Origin: Bacteroidota bacterium
GTDB taxonomy: Bacteria; Bacteroidota; Ignavibacteria; UBA10030
Assembly: GCA_040901865.1 (NCBI GenBank)
Contig: JBBDYD010000194.1
Location: 2,761-66,760 of the forward strand
Reading direction: 5' to 3'
DNA length: 64,000 nucleotides
Made by a program: the position numbers and the translations under genes. The notes under the pieces were generated by a model. The model did no database searches and had not been told where the DNA came from. It was given only the letters and a program-made list of their open reading frames with translations. This document shows, piece by piece, positions 9,989 through 20,273 of the stretch (position 1 is its first letter; each line of letters begins with the position of its first letter).

Positions 9989-10542
9989 TGGCGGAGCGAG
10001 TCTGGACGACTTCAAACATCCTGAGTTGCTCACGGGTCGCACTTCTTGGCCCGCTCGCGTATTGCCTGTTTGGCGAGTTTGAGCACAACCGGCTGTGGGC
10101 GGCAGCGATCCTTATTGTCGGTGCCCTGACGGACTTCCTGGACGGCTATTTTGCCAGACGGTTCCACGCAGTGTCTGAATTGGGCAAGATCATTGACCCG
10201 CTGGCTGATAAAGTCGCTGTTGCCGTCATCGCCGTGTTCCTTGTAATCCTTGGGGCCATTCCGATGTGGTATGTGGCCCTCGCCCTTGTCCGCGATGGTC
10301 TGATTGTTGCCGGCGGTTTGTACATTCGAAAAAAGAAGAGTATCATCGCGCAGTCAAACATGGCAGGCAAACTGGCCGTGAGTTTCATCGCGCTCTTCCT
10401 TCTGCTCTCAGTTGTGCAGGCGGAATCGTTGGAAGGATTTCGCCTCTTCGTTCAATGGCTGAGCGTGTTCATGATGATTGTATCATTTGGGATTTACGGA
10501 CAACGCCTGTTTATCGGACGTGCCGTTGATCGGAGGGCGTGA
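9985..10542 (+). CDS. CDP-alcohol phosphatidyltransferase family protein
   Basis: Signature DFLDGYFARRFHAVSELGKIIDPLADK (DGx2ARx8Gx3Dx3D) in a multi-TM protein. Confidence 0.85.
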   Translation: MMAERVWTTSNILSCSRVALLGPLAYCLFGEFEHNRLWAAAILIVGALTDFLDGYFARRFHAVSELGKIIDPLADKVAVAVIAVFLVILGAIPMWYVALALVRDGLIVAGGLYIRKKKSIIAQSNMAGKLAVSFIALFLLLSVVQAESLEGFRLFVQWLSVFMMIVSFGIYGQRLFIGRAVDRRA

Positions 10543-10548
10543 GGATTC

Positions 10549-11505
10549 ATGGATTCGGTGATCAAGAGGCTGGCCAACGGACTTGCACGAACCCGGGAAT
10601 CTCTTGTCGCCCGCTTGCAGCGTCTTGTTCTTGCGAAGGGTACGATTGACGAGGATGTTCTTGCACAGGTCGAGGAAACACTTTTGGCCGGTGATGTCGG
10701 TGTGTTGACGACGAATACTCTTCTGGAAAACATGAAGCGGAGAGTGCGCGACGAAGGATATACCGCGAGCTCTGAGTTGCTTTCCCTCATCAAAGATGAA
10801 ATAACTCGATTACTTCGGCCGAACGAAACAGGGGAAGGCGGACTGGTCATTCCCGCGCAACCTCGCCCGTTTGTCATTCTGATTGTTGGGATCAACGGAG
10901 CAGGGAAGACGACGACCGTGGGGAAACTCGCGTACCAGTTTCGCCAGGAAGGGCACGCTGTTCTCATCGGGGCTGCCGACACATTCCGCGCAGCAGCGAA
11001 CGAGCAACTAGGGGTATGGGCCGAAAGGGCGGGGGTTGTGATGGTTCAGCAACGGCAAGGAGCGGACCCGGGCTCGGTTGCCTATGACGCCGTCAGCTCG
11101 GCCGTGGCACAACAATCGGATGTGGTCCTGATCGACACAGCTGGCCGCCTTCATACAAAGTCAAATCTCATGGAAGAGCTCGCAAAGATCCGCAGGGTTA
11201 TCGAAAAGCGACTCCCCGGCGCCCCCCATGAGGTTCTTCTCGTGCTTGATGCGGGCGGTGGGCAGAACGGACTTCAGCAGGTGCGCCAATTCTCAGAAGC
11301 AGCCGAAGTCACGGGCCTGATTCTGACGAAATTGGACGGGACAGCCAAGGGCGGAATCATCCTTGCCGCATGTAATGAATTCAAACTTCCGGTGCGATAC
11401 ATCGGGGTTGGCGAGGGGATCGATGATCTTCAGCCGTTCCAGCAGGCGACGTTTGTTGATGCACTGTTTTCCTCCCCCTCCATGTCGGAGAACTTCGAGT
11501 CATGA
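10549..11505 (+). CDS. ftsY: Signal recognition particle receptor FtsY
   Basis: NG domain with GINGAGKTTTVGKLA, DTAGRL and TKLDGTAKGG. Confidence 0.95.
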   Translation: MDSVIKRLANGLARTRESLVARLQRLVLAKGTIDEDVLAQVEETLLAGDVGVLTTNTLLENMKRRVRDEGYTASSELLSLIKDEITRLLRPNETGEGGLVIPAQPRPFVILIVGINGAGKTTTVGKLAYQFRQEGHAVLIGAADTFRAAANEQLGVWAERAGVVMVQQRQGADPGSVAYDAVSSAVAQQSDVVLIDTAGRLHTKSNLMEELAKIRRVIEKRLPGAPHEVLLVLDAGGGQNGLQQVRQFSEAAEVTGLILTKLDGTAKGGIILAACNEFKLPVRYIGVGEGIDDLQPFQQATFVDALFSSPSMSENFES

Positions 11506-12518
11506 AGATTACATTCTCGCCGTATGATTTGAAACTAAGGCATACGTTTACGATTGCACGGAGTTCACGCGATGTGTCACCCATCGTTCTCCTGGAACTA
11601 GAACACGATGGAATTGTCGGCTACGGGGAGGCAGCCCCGACGAGGCGGTACGGTGAAACGATCGAGACAGTGATGGGGTTTCTGAAGGCACTGAATCTCT
11701 CTAAGTTCGAATCCCCGTTTCAGCTTGAGAGCATTCTTGAATATGTTGAAAATGCTTCGCCCGGCAGCGCTTCTGCGAAAGCTGCCGTTGATATCGCGCT
11801 CCATGATTGGATCGGCAAGAAACTCAATGTTCCCCTGTATCGTTACTGGGGGTTGGACAAAGCGAAAGCACCCGTGACGTCATTTACGATCGGTATCGAC
11901 AGCCCGGAGATGATAGCCCAAAAAGTGCAGGAGGCGATGGAATATCCGATCCTCAAGATCAAGTTGGGCGGATCAAATGACGAGGAGATCATGAAGGCCA
12001 TCCGGCGCTCGACCGACAAGACGCTGCGCGTCGATGCTAACGAAGGATGGAAAACGAAAGAGATTGCTCTGAAGAAGATCCAGTGGCTTGAGCAGGAGGG
12101 GGTTGAATTTGTCGAACAGCCAATGCCCGCAGAGGATCTTGAAGGCACCGCATGGGTTCGCGATCGCGTGAACTTGCCCCTGATTGCCGACGAGAACTCT
12201 CTTCGACTTCACGATGTTCCAAAATTGCAGGGTGCTTTTGACGGTATCAACATCAAGCTCATGAAATGCACGGGATTGCGGGAAGCGCTGAGAATGGTGG
12301 CGGTTGCGAGAGCATGTGACATGAAAATCATGACAGGATGTATGATCGAAAGCTCAGTTGCAATCTCGGCGGCGGCACAATTCTCGCCACTCATTGACTA
12401 TGCGGACCTCGACGGAGCGGTGTTGACCACAAATGATCCGTTTGACGGCGTCACGATTGTTGAGGGGAAGCTCATGTTGACGGACAGACCTGGTATCGGT
12501 GTGGTGAGGAAGGTGTGA
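11502..12518 (+). CDS. Dipeptide epimerase (L-Ala-D/L-Glu epimerase-like, enolase superfamily)
   Basis: 338 aa with a muconate-lactonizing/mandelate racemase fold pattern (KIKLG, LRVDANEGW, FVEQP, IADE, KLMKCTG). Confidence 0.85.
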   Translation: MKITFSPYDLKLRHTFTIARSSRDVSPIVLLELEHDGIVGYGEAAPTRRYGETIETVMGFLKALNLSKFESPFQLESILEYVENASPGSASAKAAVDIALHDWIGKKLNVPLYRYWGLDKAKAPVTSFTIGIDSPEMIAQKVQEAMEYPILKIKLGGSNDEEIMKAIRRSTDKTLRVDANEGWKTKEIALKKIQWLEQEGVEFVEQPMPAEDLEGTAWVRDRVNLPLIADENSLRLHDVPKLQGAFDGINIKLMKCTGLREALRMVAVARACDMKIMTGCMIESSVAISAAAQFSPLIDYADLDGAVLTTNDPFDGVTIVEGKLMLTDRPGIGVVRKV

Positions 12519-12521
12519 ATC

Positions 12522-12728
12522 ATGTTCTTCCGGCGGCCCACGCACCAACGATTCGAATACCTGCCGAGGTTCTATGACCCGGAAAAGGATTCTGCTGAGG
12601 AATTCAAAAGGAAGTTTAAACGGGAGCGCAGTTTGCATCGCCGGAAATCCAGGCCAATTCTCTGGTGGCTTGTGGTGATCGCTCTTGCCGTTTACGCGTA
12701 TCTTTATCTAGCGGGAGTTATTCGCTGA
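12522..12728 (+). CDS. Small membrane protein, unknown function
   Basis: 68 aa with a basic N-terminus and one C-terminal TM helix (ILWWLVVIALAVYAYLYLAGVI). Its stop overlaps the mutL start (tgATG). Confidence 0.4.
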   Translation: MFFRRPTHQRFEYLPRFYDPEKDSAEEFKRKFKRERSLHRRKSRPILWWLVVIALAVYAYLYLAGVIR

Positions 12729-14539
12729 TGGCGTCGAAGATTCATATTTTACAGAGCGAGCTTGCGAACAAAATCGCTGCCGGCGAAGTTGTCCAACGCC
12801 CTGCATCAGCGGTGAAGGAGCTTGTGGAGAACTCTCTTGACGCCGGTGCGCGTTCCATTACGGTGATTATTCAGGACGCAGGCAAAGCCCTCCTTCAGGT
12901 TGTGGACGACGGGGAAGGAATGTCACACGAGGATGCCTTGCTTGCGTTCAAGCGACATGCCACAAGCAAGATCAGGACGTCGGAAGATCTTGAGCGCATT
13001 ACCACGTTGGGATTCAGGGGAGAAGCTCTCGCCTCAGTCGGAGCGATCGCGCAGGTGGAGCTCAGGACGAAGACGGAAGAGGAGGACGCGGGAACTTTGG
13101 TGCGGGTCGATGGCGACGATGTCAAAGAGGTTACGCGGGTCGCCTGCGAGAAGGGAACTTCTGTCACTGTCCGAAATCTTTTCTACAACACGCCGGGACG
13201 GAGAAATTTTCTCAAGTCGCAACAGACGGAACGGAAAAACACGACAGATGTCGTCACGAGAATGGCGCTCTCCTTTCCGGAAGTATCCTGGCGCTATATC
13301 AGTGATGACGAACCCATGTTGACCCTCGCACCGGCTTCCTTCGAGGATCGTGTGCGGGATATCGTGGGGAAGAAACAGTTCGAACAACTGGTTCGCGTGA
13401 AGGAAACAACCGAATACCTGAGTATTGACGGATTCATCGGGCGGCCTGATTTCATTCGAAAAAACCGGACGGAACAATTCCTCTTCCTCAATCGCCGGTT
13501 CATCGTCAACAGGGCAATCAACCATGCGGTGTTTCAGGCGTACGAACACCTCCTCGTCAAAGGAGCATTCCCGTTTTTTGTTCTGAATCTGAGCGTTGAT
13601 CCTCACAACGTCGATGTCAATGTCCATCCCTCGAAGATGGAAGTAAAGTTTGAAAATGAATCGAACATCTACAGGTTCGTCCTCTCGGTGGTTAAGCGAA
13701 CTTTGACAGCGAATGACCTGGTGCCGAACATGGAGATGGTATCCAGGGATTCCTCAGGAATGCCGGATGCCCGGCTGAAGTTCGGCGGGGTTGGTCCTAT
13801 CAGCCCGCAGGAAGTGATGGGCATTCCCGGCCAGTTCGATCTCGACCAGCTCTTTCGGCGCAATCGTCTGTCAGGCGAAGGTGTTGCAGTCGACTCTTTT
13901 GCCCCCGTGCTTCAACGCGAACGACAGGATCGTGTCTTCCCGCAGGAAACGGCTCTCAATGCTCCCCAGGAAGGGCGCGCTATCTGGCAGGTGCACAACA
14001 AGTACATCCTTTCGCAAATCAAGACCGGGATTATGATTGTGGATCAGCATGTGGCCCATGAACGAATCCTCTATGAGCGTGTACTTGCGAATTTCGAAAA
14101 CAATCTTCCGTCGTCGCAACAGCTGTTATTTCCACAAACCGTGGAATTGACGCCGGGCGATTATTCGCTGGCTCTGGATCTTCTGCCGCACATGGAGACT
14201 CTTGGTTTTGTTTTGAAGCCGTTTGGCAAGAATACCGTTGTGATCGAAGGAATCCCTGCCGATGTACGAATAGGCAGTGAACGGAAAATTCTTCAGGAAC
14301 TGCTGGATGAATTCAGAAATAACGAGCACAACGCGACCATGGACGCGAGGGATAATCTGGCAAAGTCATTTGCATGCAAAGCCGCCGTCAAGGCGGGGGA
14401 TCGGCTCACATCGCAGGAGATGATCAGCTTGATCGATCAATTGTTTTTGACTACCATGCCATACGTCTGCCCCCACGGGAGGCCTGTGGTGATAAAGATT
14501 TCGATAGATGAACTCGACAAGCGGTTTGGCAGAACCTGA
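12728..14539 (+). CDS. mutL: DNA mismatch repair protein MutL
   Basis: N-terminal GHKL ATPase (IAAGEVVQRPASAVKELVENSLDAG, LGFRGEALAS). The C-terminal endonuclease-type motifs include DQHVAHERILYE. The start is set to the ATG at 12728. Confidence 0.95.
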   Translation: MASKIHILQSELANKIAAGEVVQRPASAVKELVENSLDAGARSITVIIQDAGKALLQVVDDGEGMSHEDALLAFKRHATSKIRTSEDLERITTLGFRGEALASVGAIAQVELRTKTEEEDAGTLVRVDGDDVKEVTRVACEKGTSVTVRNLFYNTPGRRNFLKSQQTERKNTTDVVTRMALSFPEVSWRYISDDEPMLTLAPASFEDRVRDIVGKKQFEQLVRVKETTEYLSIDGFIGRPDFIRKNRTEQFLFLNRRFIVNRAINHAVFQAYEHLLVKGAFPFFVLNLSVDPHNVDVNVHPSKMEVKFENESNIYRFVLSVVKRTLTANDLVPNMEMVSRDSSGMPDARLKFGGVGPISPQEVMGIPGQFDLDQLFRRNRLSGEGVAVDSFAPVLQRERQDRVFPQETALNAPQEGRAIWQVHNKYILSQIKTGIMIVDQHVAHERILYERVLANFENNLPSSQQLLFPQTVELTPGDYSLALDLLPHMETLGFVLKPFGKNTVVIEGIPADVRIGSERKILQELLDEFRNNEHNATMDARDNLAKSFACKAAVKAGDRLTSQEMISLIDQLFLTTMPYVCPHGRPVVIKISIDELDKRFGRT

Positions 14540-14557
14540 CCATTCTGAACGAGGCTG

Positions 14558-16225
14558 ATGATGCACACTGATCCAAACAAACTCAGGGAATCACGAAAGC
14601 GCTGGGAAGAGCGTGTTCAGCGCGGCGGAAGCCAGCGCGGAATAAAGTTCACGACTGTGAGCGGAGCACCCATTGAATTGCTCTATGGTCCTGAAGATGT
14701 GCAGGACGCAGATTTTATTCGGGAGGTCGGATTCCCCGGGGAGTTTCCCTTCACGCGGGGAATTCACTCAAGTATGTACAGAGGAAAACTCTGGACCATG
14801 CGCCAATTTGCCGGATTTGGAACGCCGGAAGATACAAACGAGCGCTATCACTATCTGCTCGACCACGGACAAACCGGTCTCTCCGTTGCGTTTGACCTCC
14901 CCACACTGATGGGGCGCGATGCCGACGATCCCCATGCCCGGGGAGAGGTCGGAATCTGCGGAGTTTCGGTGAGTTCGCTGGCGGATATGGAAGTGCTTTT
15001 CAAAGGGATTAACCTGGGGGACATTTCAACCTCCATGACAATCAACGCCCCGGCAGCGATGATGATGGCCTTTTATCTCGCCGTAGCGGAAAAACAGGGA
15101 GTCGATTTTCGCAACCTGCGTGGGACTATCCAAGCCGACATTCTCAAGGAGTACATCGCACAGAAAGAGTGGATCTATCCCCCCGAACCGTCCATGAAAC
15201 TCATCATCGATATGTTTGAGTTTCTGGGAACGGAAGCGCCGCAATGGAATCCGGTGTCCGTGAGTGGCTATCACATCCGTGAGGCTGGTTCAACATCGGT
15301 CCAGGAACTCGCCTTCACACTGGCTGACGGCTTTGCCTATGTCGAGGCGGGAATTGCCCGCGGTCTCGACATCGATGATTTCGTTCCGCGGATATCCTTC
15401 TTCTTCAACTCGCATGTCGATTTCTTTGAGGAGATTGCAAAATTTCGGGCTGCCAGAAGGATCTGGGCAAGGCGACTGCGGGACAAATATGGGGCGAAAA
15501 ACCCAAAGTCCTGGATGCTGAGATTCCACACGCAAACGGCAGGGTGCTCTTTGACCGCACAACAACCGGAAAACAACATCGTTCGTACTGCCTACCAGGC
15601 CCTCGCAGGAGTTCTTGGCGGCACCCAATCTTTGCATACCAACTCGATGGACGAGACTCTCGCACTCCCTTCCGAAAAGGCTGCCAAGATTGCTTTGAGA
15701 ACACAGCAGATCCTTGCTTTTGAAACTGGAGTTACGAACACCATTGACCCGCTTGCGGGGAGTTATTTTGTCGAAGCCCTGACAACGAAAATGGAACGGG
15801 AGGCGGAACAGTATTTTGAAACGATCGATGCGCTGGGAGGAGTCATCCCTGCCATCGAAGCGGGATTCTTTCAGCGGGAAATTGCCGAAGCGGCCTACCG
15901 GTATCAACAGGAGCTGGACCGCAAGGAGAAGATCATTGTTGGTGTTAACGACTTTGTCGAGGAAGACAACCGGGTCCAGATTCCTATTTTGGAGATTTCC
16001 CCGGATGTCGAGCGCAAACAACTCAAACGAATTGGGGATGTGCGCCAGAGCCGGAACCAAAATGAAGTGAAAAAGTCCCTGGCGAAACTCACCGCAGACG
16101 CGTCGGACGGGAAGAATTTGATGCCTGCCATGCTGGAATGCACCAGGTCGTATGTTTCCCTTGGTGAAATGTGTTTTGCACTGGCGGAAATTTACGGTCT
16201 TTATGAAGAGCCGGCGGTGTTCTAA
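14558..16225 (+). CDS. Methylmalonyl-CoA mutase family, large catalytic (TIM-barrel) subunit
   Basis: 555 aa; [19 protein letters not shown] and [10 protein letters not shown] are typical. It has no B12-binding domain, which is encoded separately at 24426-24848. Confidence 0.93.
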   Translation: MMHTDPNKLRESRKRWEERVQRGGSQRGIKFTTVSGAPIELLYGPEDVQDADFIREVGFPGEFPFTRGIHSSMYRGKLWTMRQFAGFGTPEDTNERYHYLLDHGQTGLSVAFDLPTLMGRDADDPHARGEVGICGVSVSSLADMEVLFKGINLGDISTSMTINAPAAMMMAFYLAVAEKQGVDFRNLRGTIQADILKEYIAQKEWIYPPEPSMKLIIDMFEFLGTEAPQWNPVSVSGYHIREAGSTSVQELAFTLADGFAYVEAGIARGLDIDDFVPRISFFFNSHVDFFEEIAKFRAARRIWARRLRDKYGAKNPKSWMLRFHTQTAGCSLTAQQPENNIVRTAYQALAGVLGGTQSLHTNSMDETLALPSEKAAKIALRTQQILAFETGVTNTIDPLAGSYFVEALTTKMEREAEQYFETIDALGGVIPAIEAGFFQREIAEAAYRYQQELDRKEKIIVGVNDFVEEDNRVQIPILEISPDVERKQLKRIGDVRQSRNQNEVKKSLAKLTADASDGKNLMPAMLECTRSYVSLGEMCFALAEIYGLYEEPAVF

Positions 16226-16254
16226 GGACATCCACAAAACGTAGAACGACGCCC

Positions 16255-17148
16255 GTGAAATCCATCTTCAAGCTTATTCGCCCCCGCCAGTGGGTCAAAA
16301 ACCTGTTTTTGTTTGCCCCCCTCATTTTTTCCAAACACCTGTTCGAAGAAGGGTACCTGGCAACAGAAGCATTGGGGTTTGCCGTTTTTTGCCTCCTTTC
16401 CAGCGGCGTCTATGTGATCAATGACATTACCGATCGCGAGGCCGACAGACTCCATCCGCTGAAAAAAACCCGGCCTATTGCCTCCGGGCACATTTCTCCG
16501 CGCCAGGGATTTGGCATTTCGTTCGTGCTCCTTTCAGGAGCGGCTGTCGTTGCAAGCTTCTTGAACGGCCCGTTTCAGGTCGCGGCAATCTTGTACTTCG
16601 TTCTAAACGTGATGTACTCCATTCGCTTGAAGCATGTCATCCTCGTCGACGTGTTTGTTATCGCCGCAGGGTTTATGCTGAGAGTTCTCGCCGGGGCTTT
16701 CGTCATCAACGTCGAGGTCTCCCACTGGTTGGTGCTGTGTACTCTGTTCGTGTCGCTGTTTCTTGCAGTTTCAAAACGGCGGGGGGAATTGCTCCTTGTC
16801 CAGCAGTCAAACGAAGCAACCGCCCGCGAAGTGCTTCGCGAATACGACGTTGCGTTTATCGATCAAATGATCACGATCACGGCGTCGGGTATGGCGATTT
16901 CCTACGCGCTCTACACCGTGGCAGAACGCACCGTGATGATTTTCAAAACGGAAAACCTGATCTTCACCACAGTCTTTGTGTTATTCGGCATTTTTCGATA
17001 TCTTTACCTCATCAAAAAGAAAGAGACGGACGACAATCCGACGTTGATTCTCCTTGGAGATCCCGTCATGGTAATGAATGTCGCCGCCTGGTTTCTCTCG
17101 TGCATTGTGATCATTTATTCGGCCGAATTGAAATCCTTCCTTCTCTAA
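16255..17148 (+). CDS. UbiA-family prenyltransferase (decaprenyl-phosphate phosphoribosyltransferase-like)
   Basis: 297 aa, polytopic. The N-terminus LIRPRQWVKNLFLFAPLIFS and the Asp-rich motif NDITDREADRLHP are typical. Confidence 0.85.
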   Translation: MKSIFKLIRPRQWVKNLFLFAPLIFSKHLFEEGYLATEALGFAVFCLLSSGVYVINDITDREADRLHPLKKTRPIASGHISPRQGFGISFVLLSGAAVVASFLNGPFQVAAILYFVLNVMYSIRLKHVILVDVFVIAAGFMLRVLAGAFVINVEVSHWLVLCTLFVSLFLAVSKRRGELLLVQQSNEATAREVLREYDVAFIDQMITITASGMAISYALYTVAERTVMIFKTENLIFTTVFVLFGIFRYLYLIKKKETDDNPTLILLGDPVMVMNVAAWFLSCIVIIYSAELKSFLL

Positions 17149-17149
17149 G

Positions 17150-18298
17150 ATGAAACTTCCCGAACCCAAATCTCCGACACGCGTTACAGGACTACGCCGG
17201 CCGGATTCCACCGTCGCGGTCGTTAAGACGTCGCCTTCCACGATTCTTGAGGACATCCAGCGGGCAATGAAACTCGCTAATGTACAGGCAGCTCTGGATC
17301 CTGCGTCCCCGACGATCCTGAAGGACAATATTTCCTGGCATTTTCCCTTTCCAGGTGCCAACACCACACCCTGGCAGCTCGAAGCGACCATCCTTGGTTT
17401 GCAGGATGCGGGGTTCAAGGATCTTGTGTGCGTCCAAAACAAGACCGTCGTAACCGACGCATTCAAAGGGGAGGACCTGAACAAGTATGTGCCGATTTTT
17501 CGGAAGTATGCGATCCCCGTTCGGTTTAACTTCAAACCGGAGGATGTGAGCTGGAAGATCTTCGCGCCAAAGACCCCGCTACTGGTTCTTGATCAAATCT
17601 ATCCGGAAGGAATCCGGATTCCCGACTTGTTCCCGGGGAAAAACATTGTTCATCTGCCAACCGTGAAATGCCACATCTACACGACCACGACAGGGGCGAT
17701 GAAAAATGCGTTTGGCGGACTTCTGAACACTCACCGGCACTATACGCATTCGTGGATCCATGAGACCCTCGTCGATTTGCTTGCGATTCAGCAGGAAATT
17801 CACACGGGCATTTTTGCCGTGATGGACGGAACAACGGCCGGGAACGGACCGGGTCCCAGAACCATGTTTCCTGAAGAGAAGAACGTCATTCTTGCCAGCG
17901 CGGATCAGGTAGCGATCGATGCGGTCGCCGCGAAGATGATGGGGTTTGACCCGATGAGCATCAAGTACCTCTCGCTGGCACACCAGCGCGGACTCGGATG
18001 CGCCGACCCGCGGGAAATCAAAGTTGTCGGCGAAGATGTTTCTTCGGTCAATTGGAATTTTTCTGTTGGGGATAATGGGGCCAGCCTGGTGGGGGACCTC
18101 CTGTGGTTTAGCCCTCTCAAAAGACTTCAGAACATCTTTTTCCGAACTCCCCTCGTCAATGTTTTTATTCTGGGATCGGAAATCTATCATGACTATTACC
18201 GTTGGCCTTTGAAAGATCAGCGGATCTTTCGCCGTTGGATAAAGAACTCCCCCTGGGGACATCTCTTTGCATCCTACCCTCCGGCAAACGCTCAGTAG
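17150..18298 (+). CDS. DUF362 domain protein
   Basis: 382 aa. The family is assigned from overall sequence pattern only; function unknown. Confidence 0.65.
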   Translation: MKLPEPKSPTRVTGLRRPDSTVAVVKTSPSTILEDIQRAMKLANVQAALDPASPTILKDNISWHFPFPGANTTPWQLEATILGLQDAGFKDLVCVQNKTVVTDAFKGEDLNKYVPIFRKYAIPVRFNFKPEDVSWKIFAPKTPLLVLDQIYPEGIRIPDLFPGKNIVHLPTVKCHIYTTTTGAMKNAFGGLLNTHRHYTHSWIHETLVDLLAIQQEIHTGIFAVMDGTTAGNGPGPRTMFPEEKNVILASADQVAIDAVAAKMMGFDPMSIKYLSLAHQRGLGCADPREIKVVGEDVSSVNWNFSVGDNGASLVGDLLWFSPLKRLQNIFFRTPLVNVFILGSEIYHDYYRWPLKDQRIFRRWIKNSPWGHLFASYPPANAQ

Positions 18299-18331
18299 CG
18301 TTCTCCCACTCCTTCACCGATCATCTCCCGG

Positions 18332-19219
18332 ATGAAATCCCGTACCAAGGCGGAACTTCTGCTCCTCTCCTGCACCCTGATCTGGGGTGGAACCTTTACC
18401 GTGACCAAAACCGGACTGGAAGACGTTTCTCCGATGTTGTTTGTCGCCATTCGCTTTGTCGTTGCGACGCTTCTGTTTCTGCCGTTTGTGGCAAGCGGAA
18501 TGCGGAGTATGACACGTATGACAATGAGGGGGGGGACCATCATCGGCGTTCTCCTCCTGGTCGGTTTTGTCACTCAGACGATAGGCCTTCAATACACGTC
18601 GGCGTCAAAATCAGGATTTATCACTGGATTGCTGGTGGTCTTTACACCCCTGTTTCAAATCATATTTTCGAGGCAATTACCAAAAGCAGGGAATGTGATA
18701 GGCGTGATCCTGGTGACGGCCGGCTTGTATCTCCTGACATCACCGGAGGGATCCGAGTTTAACGTGGGTGATCTCCTCACCCTGATCTGCGCGGCTTTCT
18801 TCGGACTGTATATTGTATTCCTCGATATCTATACGCGTACCGGGGACGTAAAGCAGATTGCTTTTCTGCAGTTTGGGGTAACGGCGGTGGGGTCTTTTGT
18901 CGGAGCAATGATTTTTGAAGAGACACTGTTTCGGCCAAGCGGGGACTTATTATGGGGGATTGCGTATCTTTCGCTGCTTGCGACTCTGTATACCTTGACC
19001 ATCCAGACAAAGTATCAGAGGGAAACAACGCCCACAAGAGCGGCGATTATTTTCTCCGTTGAGCCGGTCTTCGCCGCTGTGATTGCCTACCTTGTATTGG
19101 GTGAAACGATAGGACTCCCGGGGGTTTTTGGGGGAGGGATCATCGTCTTGGGGCTCCTGGTTTCAGAACTCTCGGATGTTCTCTTTCATACCCGCCGTCC
19201 CGCCTCCGAACCTCGCTGA
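18332..19219 (+). CDS. EamA/DMT family transporter
   Basis: 295 aa with about 10 TM helices in two EamA-like halves. Confidence 0.85.
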   Translation: MKSRTKAELLLLSCTLIWGGTFTVTKTGLEDVSPMLFVAIRFVVATLLFLPFVASGMRSMTRMTMRGGTIIGVLLLVGFVTQTIGLQYTSASKSGFITGLLVVFTPLFQIIFSRQLPKAGNVIGVILVTAGLYLLTSPEGSEFNVGDLLTLICAAFFGLYIVFLDIYTRTGDVKQIAFLQFGVTAVGSFVGAMIFEETLFRPSGDLLWGIAYLSLLATLYTLTIQTKYQRETTPTRAAIIFSVEPVFAAVIAYLVLGETIGLPGVFGGGIIVLGLLVSELSDVLFHTRRPASEPR

Positions 19220-19221
19220 CG

Positions 19222-19752
19222 TTACCATTTCATCCGCGTTCTCAATGAGGTGATATGTCCCTCATGGTGCTTTCCATGCCACGCGTAGAGCTGGAGAACA
19301 GTATCAAGCGTCATAATTCCGTTTTCCGGATGGTTCATTGTGCGCTTGAAATCTTCTGGACGCAAGTTCCGGAGAAACAAGACCCAGCGTGAATGGAGAG
19401 CCTCCAAGAGAGCCAGGGACATTTCAATAGGAGCTGATTTCGCTTCAAGGAGTTCAGCCCAGCGGGCTTCCTGATAGGGCTTGATTGTTGGATTGTCTTC
19501 CGTCATGGCGAGTTTGAAACGGATGTAAGCATTCAAATGACTGTCGGGAACATGATGAACCACCTGGCGAACAGTCCAGCCGCCGGGACGGTACGGTGTG
19601 TCCAATTGTTGATCCGTCAGAGTGCTGACCGCCTCTCGAAAACGTCGGGGAGTTTCCGCAATCTCGCCAATAAGCCGCGGGAATTCTGCATCCGGGAGAT
19701 TCTTATCAGGCTGAAAACGGCCGATGGGATAACGTAGGTCTGAATTTTCCAT
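19222..19752 (-). CDS. DinB/YfiT-family metal-dependent (thiol) transferase
   Basis: 176 aa; YPIGRF..., GGWTVRQVVHHVPDSH and AWHGKHHEGHI form the His triad of the YfiT/DinB fold. Confidence 0.85.
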   Translation of the reverse strand: MENSDLRYPIGRFQPDKNLPDAEFPRLIGEIAETPRRFREAVSTLTDQQLDTPYRPGGWTVRQVVHHVPDSHLNAYIRFKLAMTEDNPTIKPYQEARWAELLEAKSAPIEMSLALLEALHSRWVLFLRNLRPEDFKRTMNHPENGIMTLDTVLQLYAWHGKHHEGHITSLRTRMKW

Positions 19753-19755
19753 GAT

Positions 19756-20244
19756 TCACTCCTGGAAGTCGATTTTGTAAGTTAAGAAACCTTCTTCATG
19801 TAGCCAGCCGAGTTTTTCATACAAGCGTCTCGCTGGAGCGTTGTCGACAGCTGTTTCGAGTACTATTCCCCTCGCATTCGTCTGTTGAGCGTGTTTGATG
19901 CTTTGGTGAATAAGCGCTTCTGCAACTCCGTGCCCGCGTGCCACCGGAGTTACAAAAAGATCATTGAGAATCCATAGCGGCTTCATTGCCACCGAGGAGA
20001 AGCTGGGGTAGAGCTGGACAAAACCAAGGGGTTTGCTTCCTGGATCCTCGAACGCGATGTAGACGACAGAGTCACCATTCCTGAGCCGGTCCGAAAGAAA
20101 CGCGCGTGCTCCCTGTAAGTCCGGCCGCTGTTTGTAAAACTGACGGTATTGGTCGAACAGGGGGACAAGAAGATCAAGAGAATCGAGCGAAGAGCGAAGG
20201 ATTTTCATTTGCCTGAGAGTGGCTTTTGGATGTGATGACCACAA
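19756..20244 (-). CDS. GNAT family N-acetyltransferase
   Basis: Acetyl-CoA binding motif VTPVARGHGVAEALI and a GNAT-like length. Confidence 0.85.
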   Translation of the reverse strand: MWSSHPKATLRQMKILRSSLDSLDLLVPLFDQYRQFYKQRPDLQGARAFLSDRLRNGDSVVYIAFEDPGSKPLGFVQLYPSFSSVAMKPLWILNDLFVTPVARGHGVAEALIHQSIKHAQQTNARGIVLETAVDNAPARRLYEKLGWLHEEGFLTYKIDFQE

Positions 20245-20273
20245 TCCGATGCCGGTTCGAGGAGTGTGTTAAA

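Noticed and set aside
15290-16237. Long antisense ORFs opposite well-supported genes: 15290-16237, 1238-1885, 39909-40595, 46495-47148, 57756-58526, 60396-61169 and 61166-61915.
   Set aside because: These are shadow ORFs on the opposite strand of genes with strong family signatures. Their translations are Arg/Ser/Pro-rich with no recognisable motifs.
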